Positions 56,598-64,000 of a stretch of 64,000 nucleotides of DNA are shown piece by piece. Each line of letters begins with the position of its first letter. Positions within the stretch are counted from its first letter, which is position 1. Source of the stretch: an uncultured Chloroflexia bacterium (lineage in GTDB: Bacteria > Chloroflexota > Anaerolineae > CG2-30-64-16); the NCBI GenBank assembly GCA_963810095.1, contig CAWEMM010000012.1, positions 690,496 through 754,495 of the forward strand, read 5' to 3'. The translations under genes and the position numbers were made by a program. The notes below the pieces were generated by a model. It was given only the letters and a program-made list of their open reading frames with translations. It made no database searches and was not told the origin of the DNA.

Positions 56598-56958
56598 TCC
56601 CTGAGCTTATCAGTCTGATTTATGATCAGGAACGTTCGATCATAAGAACAAATGATAACGACACGAGACGCTGGTCTGGGTCGTCGAGCAGGTTTCGTAA
56701 GAAGACATAATTCCACGTTTTGACTCTAGGATCGTCTAGGACGGTCTCTGTCCCCTTGCTTGATTACGACATGGGTTCATCATGCTAAACGTCTGTACGG
56801 TCAAGAAAACGAGCATTCTGGGCATTCTTGACCCGTGGTTCCGTAGTATGAACATCCGTTGTTCAGTGTGTTGATTGACTATTGACATGAACGAACATTC
56901 GTGATACCATCCTCCCAGTACGTGACGTTTTGCAGACACACACAAGGAGGAATCACCG

Positions 56959-58365
56959 ATGCCTACTCCAGCCGTAATGCAACCGACCGTCAAGAGGTTC
57001 ATTGTTACCGTGCCTGCCTGCTACTGGGATCGGCAAGACGGTCTCCGACAGGGTCACGGTTTCCAGATCGAGACACGGGCAGTCGACCATAAGTCCGCCC
57101 TTGAGAACGCTCTGTTCGAGATGCTGCCGTGCCTCTGCCGGACGTGTGATCACTTCAGGGTTTTTCAGGTTGGAGTCGCCCGGTGTGCTCGTCGTCCCGA
57201 AAACCGGACGGTCAAGCACTTCCGGGTGAACCGCGTGGGTCGCATTCTGGGTCGGCAACTTCGCCCGTGGATGTGTGATTAATCGGGGGGTCGACGTGGG
57301 GGTCTGGGCATTCATTTATCCGCTGCCCGACTCCCGCCCCGGGTGACAGAACGCCGTCTTGGACGCAGCAAACGCGCTGCTGGGCGGGAGACGTGTCTGT
57401 CTCGGACGGCACAATCGTCCGGGCTATCGTCGAGGATGCCGGAGGCGATTGTGCTCCGCCGTTTCGAGCACCAGTTCCCGGTACGGGTCAGCATCGAGCC
57501 GGTTTCCCGACCGCCGGCCCGCCCGGGTGTTACCCGTCCCGTGCGGAGGTCTCCCCGATGACTCTGAAATGGGAGGATTACATCCGCTCCGAAGAAGCTG
57601 CGGAGGCGGGACGCTGCTACGGCGTCGCACTCTCGAACGGTCACTCAATTGCGCAGGCCGACGAGTGCGACGATGGGTCTCTCAAGTGCTCCGATTGCCC
57701 TTGGGCACTGCCGGAGGTTTCGCTGGAGGAATGATATGAAGGGGAGTCGCAAACGCTGGTTCGTGGTCGAAATCGGCTCCTGTCCAAGCGTGTCTACGCC
57801 GCGTTTTGCTCGAACTACTTCTCGGCGGTCCGGGCGGTGAGGCGACATCTGAAGGGGATGCCCCGGTCGAGCGACAGGATCACGGACGTCACGGAGCACT
57901 GGCGTCTCGCCAAGGGCAGCTCATGGTCTCGCTGCGGACGGGTCGACGACCCGAACTCCCCACGCATCCCCGACCCAGAGGCAAAACCGGGGAATGCGGC
58001 GGACAGTTATAATGGAAACGGGAGGCACTGATGCAGCCGTCTGATCTCGTCGTCAGTACTGAGCGCTATCTCGATCCGCTAGACATTCTCCGGTTCGGTC
58101 GCTCATGGCTGGTTGATGCGTTTCGAGGATTAGTTCCCGAGCCGCAGGACACAGCTACTCGCGTTTCGCGCACGCTTGCGTGTTGGTGGCGGGTCAGATC
58201 GTCAAGCAACACTACGGTGAGAATGAGCACGCAAGCGAAGGCGGTCGGGAAGATTGCGTTGGGGCAACGAACTCCCTCGCCGTTTGGCTGCAGACACGCG
58301 AGGTGCTAAGCACCGACACGCTCGTGTCGCTGGAAGCCGAGTACTTTAGCCAGGGCAATGGCTGA
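56959..58365 (+). CDS. Run of small hypothetical ORFs (56959..57282, ~57558..57734, ~57737..58031, 58031..58365)
   Basis: aaggagg/ggagg SD before each; upstream TTGACA-17-TACCAT near 56882. Confidence 0.5.
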
Positions 58366-58543
58366 CGGACTTGCACCGCACAGATAGGGCGTGCAGTTGT
58401 GAGAGAAGCCCAGCAGGTCCCGACAGGTGTTTCCGTGCATCGGCCTTGCGTAATCGGGGATCGAATGCTAAATCCGGCCTACGAGACACACGACCTGCAT
58501 GTTTGCCACGCTTAGCGCCAGCGGTGTTGAGCGATCTTCACAG

Positions 58544-59397
58544 ATGAGTGCCCCAGTGCTCGAACTAAGTTCATCCGCAATGATCGAGGGCGACTGCCCG
58601 CTGTGTTGCAGACCCTTCCCTCCGCGTCATGCCAGACCTGCGTCACGTCTCCACCATACTGGGGCTTGCGCGACTAATGGTATCGAGCGACAAGTAGGCG
58701 CGGAAGAACGGCTTGACGACTACATCTCCGGTCTCGTTGATGCCTTTCGTGAGGTCAAGCGAGTATTGCGGCCCGATGGGACTTTGTGGCTGAATATCGG
58801 CGACGGATACACCAGCGGCGGCAGGACGTGGCGTGCGCCGGACCGCAAGTACCGCAGCGAGGGATGGAGTACCGGCCCGGCACCCCCGACGGTTTGAAGC
58901 CCAAGGATCTACTAGGAGTTCCTTGGCGGCTTGCGTTCGCTTTGCAGGCCGATGGCTGGTATCTTCGCTCGGAGATTATTTGGGACAAGCCGAATGCGAA
59001 TCCCGAGAGTGTACGTGATCGTCCCATTCGATCGCATGAGCACATCTTCTTGCTCACCCAGTCGGAGAAGTATCTGTACGACCGGGAAGCGACGAAGGAG
59101 AAAGCCAACGGCGGTTGGCGTTACCGGCGTAGCGTGTGGTCGATCAACACCGAACCCGTGAAGGAAGCGCATTTCGCCAAGTTTCCTCCCGGCCTGGTCG
59201 AGCCCTGCATTCTGGCAGCGACCCGCCCGGGTGATTTTGTACTCGATCCGTTCCTAGGCTCGGGCACCGTCGCGCTCGTCGCACGACGGCTTGGCCGCCG
59301 TTATCTGGGCATCGAAATCAACCCTGAGTACATAAAGCTTGCTTGCAGGCGAGTCGGCGCGGTTGAACAGCCCCCCCTGGTCGATACTGTCGATTAG
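58544..59397 (+). CDS. N4-cytosine DNA methyltransferase, M.SmaI/M.Cfr9I-like; frameshifted
   Basis: CVTSPPYWGLRD, LWLNIGDGYTSGGRTWR, GLKPKDLLGVPWRLAFALQ, PESVRDRP, DPFLGSGT. Confidence 0.85.
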
Positions 59398-59448
59398 AAC
59401 CGCACAAACGCATAAACCGAATACTGCGAAGATAGAGGACGGTAATCT

Positions 59449-61603
59449 TTGCTCCTTAGTTCGACGACGAATAATGGCGGCATTACTCCGTATCAGCAGC
59501 TACTCCTACGGCGACTGAGACATGCCTTTAGCTCCGTCCGGTGCTGGATCAATCCTCACTCCGATCTTGTGGTCACCGACTTCGAAAGCGCATTCCGCAC
59601 CCGTCTTGTGTTCCACGACTCCGTGATCGAAGAACCACTGAACAAGAAGTCCTTTGAGTACGCGTTCCGTGATGCGTATCCGAGCGACGGGTAAACACGC
59701 GGTTTTGAGCGTAAGCGATACCGAGCGGGGCTACGACGTCCTAGCCGCCGGGCAACGCTTCTCGCTCAAGACAGAGGGCGCCAAGGATATCAAGCCAGAT
59801 CAGATTATCATCTCAAAGCTGATGGAATGCGCATGGCTCAGGCATTGCGAGCGATCAACGGAAATCCTACTGGCGAAAATACACGAGTACGTCCTTCCCC
59901 ATTTCCAAGAGTACGATCGAGTCCTAACACTTCGTATTTTCCGCTTGCCCCAGGAATGCGCCATCAATTACGTGTTGATAGAGATACCCAAGTCGCTCTT
60001 GACCGCAATGGGCACTTTGACCGAGAGTGTTGGATAACTCCCCGAAAACTCGCGCGATTTTGGGAAGTGCTTACAATGAGGTCATCGCAGCCGACAGGGG
60101 GTAACGATGGCCAAGAAGCACTTCAAGCCGTTAGGTTTAGGTTCGTTCTTTGGTGCGCCGATTTACGAGCGGGTGGTGCCCCGGGACCATTTTCTGGTGC
60201 AGTTGAACCGCGTCATCGACTGGGACAGCTTTACGGAGATCCTCCTGCCGGCGTACAAGGGCTTGGCGGAAGCCGGGCGGCCGCCGTATCCGCCGGTCAC
60301 GATCCTGAAAATGCTGGTGATCGCCTATCTATACCGCTTCTCGGAGCGGCAGGTGGAGGAGGCGACCAACCTCAACCTGGCGATCAAAGAGTTCGTCGGG
60401 CTGGCGGTGGACGAACTGGCGCCGGATCACAGTACGCTCAGCGAGTTCAACCGGCGGCTGCGCGAAGCCAACGGCTGGCAGCAGTTGCAGGCCATCGGCG
60501 ATAGCGTGCTGCGCCAGGCGCAGGCCGCCGGGATTCGCCTGGGCCAGATTCAGGTCGTCGACAGCGTGCACACGGTGGCGGACGTCGACAACGACGCCGA
60601 CCGACAACGCCAGGCGCAGGGCCGGCCACCGCGGGATAAGCAAGCCCAGTGGGTCAAGAAAGGCAAGCGCCGCAAGACGGTCCCGATGGCAAGATCAGCA
60701 TGCAGGACGTGCAGTACCTGGGTTACAAAAGCCATGTCAGTGTCAACGCCAAGACGGGCCTGATCACCTCCCTGGCGCCCACGCCGGGCAGTGCGGCGGA
60801 CAACAAGCAGGTGCCGCAGCTGCTGGCCCACGATGCCGAAGTGGGCGTGCCGGCCAAGATCTATGCGGGCGACAAGGCCTACGATTACACCGAGTTGGAT
60901 TATCAAGTTGCGGCCCAAGGCAAGCATTCGGCGCTGACCCTGAATGACTACCGCACGGCGACACGTAACGAACACCGGGACGCTTGGCAGCAGCTCAAGG
61001 ACTCGCCGGAATACCACGCCGGACACGCCAAGCGCTACAAGATTGAGCGCAAGTTTGGCGAGGCCAAACGCTGGCACGGCTTTGGCCGCTGCCGCTACCT
61101 CGGCCTGCGGCGCTATGGGTTACAAGCCCAGCTGACGGCCCTGGTGCTGAACTTGAAGCGCATCGTCACGCTGCTGACCGGCGTACGCTTGCGCCCCACG
61201 CAGCGTCTGGCCCCCGTGCGCGCCAGCTAACCCCTTGGCTTTGGCGCGCCTACTGACCGCCCGGCCAGCCTCACACGCACCTCCGACGCCCTCTTTTGCA
61301 CCCGTAACGACCTTCAGCACTCCTGAAACCGCTACTTTCGCCGCGACAGGGTGCCTTTGCCCTTCCTCTGCCACGTTATCCAACACTCTCACTTTGACCG
61401 CCGCGGACCTTCAGCCAGTTCTCAAGTCCAACGGAAGCAGCGCAAGGGTACACGTCAATGATCAGATTGCATACACGCTTCGGTTTGATGGCAGTGATGA
61501 GAAGGTGACTATAAGTGGTCTTAGGGTAAGCCTGTGCATCACGCACGCACAGTGGGCGGTACCTATCATCGCGGCAGAAAGAATGCGGATCGCCCGACTA
61601 TAG
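59449..61603 (+). pseudogene. SmaI-like type II restriction endonuclease interrupted by an IS
   Basis: FEYAF, GYDV, SLKTEGAK, ISKLME, LTLR, LIEIPKSLL | LRFDGSDEKV..LCITHAQW; halves rejoin in frame across the TSD. Confidence 0.7.
60023..61390 (+). mobile_element. Complete IS5/IS1182-family element (1368 bp)
   Basis: 16-bp IR gagagtgttggataac / gttatccaacactctc; 9-bp TSD actttgacc (60014-22, 61391-99); DDE transposase 60107..61230 (GRPPYPP, PDHSTL, DKAYD, IERKFGEAK) with one frameshift. Confidence 0.9.
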
Positions 61604-61670
61604 CGAGGGTCTCTTCGCTGTGTCAGACGAATCGTGAGCGAAGACGCAGCGAACAGGCGATGATTGCGGG

Positions 61671-64000
61671 ATGCAGCAATCGCTCTTCTCTGATCACGAT
61701 CTCGCCAAGGCTTTCGATGGCCTGGAGCGCTTGGGCCTCTCACGAGGCGCCTACAACGCACTAAGACGTGCAGGAATCGACACGTATCGTCAGTTGATGG
61801 AGCGTGTGCACCGACGGGGGACTGGAAGACGTGCGAGGGCTTGGCCGGTCTACAATGAACGAGATTCTGGAGATGCTACGATTGAGTCCCGAACACGAAG
61901 AGGATGACGAAGAAGCATCTGATGAAGCAGTCGAGGAAGAGGCTGCCCATAAGAAGCCTGGCGATTCTTCGATTCGCCGCCCCGAACGGCGAGCAGGAGA
62001 TGGGATAGGCGAGGGGGCAAGTCCGGCAACGGAAGAAGCCGGCCACGTTTGGCCCCCCACAAACTGGGACGAGGTTGGTAGTGAGGGTCCGCTCAAGTCG
62101 GATGCTTCTTGGCGAGCATACCTACCAATGGATGTCTCAGCTCTGCAATTGAGCATTAGGACGACGAACGCTCTTCGCAAGTACGGGGAGTGTAATACGA
62201 TTAGGTCGCTGCTTACTCTTTGGCGGAGTGGGGAGTTGCCCCACGTTCGGAACATCGGTCAGTTCGCCCTGGATGAGATTGAAGTCGCGCTTTACCGGAT
62301 AGTGCCGAAAGAAGAGATAGAAAAGGAGACTGGAACGACGGGGATACGGACGAACTTCATGACAAGCTCACGATGAGATCGCGTCCCTGCATCATGATAT
62401 CGCATCCTTGCAAGGCGAGTTGGCGGAACAGGCGCGGGTCCTCGCAAATGCCCAGTCCTGGTTGACGCAAAGCCTGCGCAACCAGCTTGTCGACGGGATT
62501 CTTCATCCGCGTGCCTGCATTTTCCGCAAGACAATTGCTGAAGTGGGAGTCCTCGTTCGCAGACATGCCAGACTCGCGCGCTGTTCAGGTGCTGCTTCCG
62601 ATTACATTAGGACCACAGACCGTCTGCGATGAGCTCGAAATCTTCCTCCAGGGCATTTCGCCACGGAACATCAGCATAGCGGTGGCGCGACATGGGGTAA
62701 AAGAGAGGACGCTTGACGAAATTGGACAAGCTCATGATCTGACAGAGAGCGCGTCCGACAGTTGAGTGACAAAGTAAGCAAGAAGATCAGGGATCGCGTC
62801 GAAAGCCAGCGTGCGCTCTTGTTTTCGCCCACCATCATTGACTTCCAACCATATCGAGGCGAACATCTTCGCATACAGACGGCCCTACTAATAGCTGAAG
62901 ATCTCGGCCCGGACCTGACTTACAATCTCTGGCGCGCCGCTGTAACCGCTTCGGGACTAATGGGGCAGTTGCACCCCGGCTCAGGCAGCCTCGACCCGGT
63001 GGAGCTACTGGTCGCTTTCTGTTCTATCGTATTCGGCATGGGCTACTCCGAGTTTCGCATCCCGGAGAATCTCGATCTTGTGTTGCGTGCGCAAGCCGCC
63101 GGCAAACCTGACGAGCCAGCTCGTGTCTGGCAGGCAGGAGCGGAGTTACGGTCAGATTTGCGCAAACTGGTCCTGAGGCACGAACGGCATTCGGCGCGGT
63201 AAACGCACGCCTGGGTTGCAGAAGAGGCGAAACTAGACGTCGGATATGCCCAGGATGTGCTCACGTCACTCAGTTTTAGTGCGGTGGACGAGAATTGGTA
63301 TGCCCGGCTCTCGAATGACGACGACCAGAGTTCGTTCTTCAATGTATTCGATCATAAAGTGCGCAAAATGCTCAAGTTTTGCGGTCCACTGCGGCTGGAA
63401 GATTTGGTGCGGGGGCTTAGGACCATCGGAGCACGCACAGATTTTCCCGCCCCCCCAGCACATGTGCTATCCCACTTGCTCACGATCCGAGGCTACAGAA
63501 ACCGACGGCGAGTACCACATATGCTGGCGAGAGCGACGAAGGAGTTGAGCGAGGGCGAGGGCCTGATCTGGCAATGTTTGGCCCAGCGCGGCCCTGTAGT
63601 TCACCACTCCGAACTGGCCCAAGAGTTTATAGATAGCCCGCTTTCATTTGCTTCCCTCCATCCGACACTCCAAGCCTCTCCGTTATTCGAGAGGGTAGAT
63701 GAGGGATTGTACAAGCTCCGCGGCTCCGTAGTCACCGCAGAAGATGTCGCAAGGGCAAGAGCGGCGGGCGAATCGACACCGCTGACACCGCGATAGACTA
63801 CGACGGAGAGGACTGATAACCGTTTCTGCAAACCTGGGCGTCTTGACTGTAGGTCTGGGAGCATTGGTTTCGGACGGGCTTCCTAATCTGGAAGGGCAAT
63901 GGGGTTGCGTGGTGGACGGCACGGATCTGGGCGTCATCACTGCCAGACCCCGTGAGATACGAAATCTCCGTCCCGCCTTCGAGCGACTGCAGTGCCGAGT
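61671..64000 (+). CDS. Large protein with two RNAP alpha-CTD-like domains and a sigma70 region-4-like HTH; frameshifted, may run off window
   Basis: LGLSRGAYNALRRAGIDT..VRGLGRSTMNEI; LQLSIRTTNALRKYG..VRNIGQFALDEI; RTLDEIGQAHDLT.ERVRQL. Confidence 0.7.

Noticed and set aside
61671-62376. rpoA gene
   Set aside because: No alpha N-terminal domain and no ribosomal-operon context

Overview
High-GC bacterial DNA, probably Chloroflexota/Anaerolineae (inferred from gene content and the 'DVPYGHPMFGKLIPC' DnaC motif). Single-base frameshifts are frequent and most likely long-read assembly indels. All family calls come from motif recognition, not searches. (1) 1-16.1 kb, minus strand: a sulfoquinovose (SQ) catabolic operon with ROK regulator, SQ isomerase-like gene, ABC importer, sulfofructose transaldolase, probable NAD+-dependent sulfoquinovosidase, an apparently fused SuyA-SuyB sulfolactate sulfo-lyase, a YeiH/SuyZ exporter and a LarA-family racemase, followed by acetamidase, esterase and aldehyde:ferredoxin oxidoreductase. 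Together these suggest a one-organism route from SQ to pyruvate + sulfite using a nickel-pincer sulfolactate racemase. (2) 20.6-28.6 kb: a type I R-M operon with four cargo genes between hsdS and hsdM (Zn-finger membrane protein, HigB, HigA, RAYT). (3) 28.9-33.1 kb, divergent from it: an orphan phage-like module (HTH, initiator-DnaC, TerS, TerL) with no portal, capsid or integrase. (4) 33-49 kb: ordinary metabolic genes with several REP/MITE families. (5) 49-64 kb: an IS481 remnant fused to a truncated cyclic glucan synthase, an hsdM remnant, tRNA-Gly, and a lower-GC island with small ORFs, a SmaI-like R-M whose nuclease is interrupted by an IS, and a protein with two RNAP alpha-CTD-like domains plus a sigma4-like domain.
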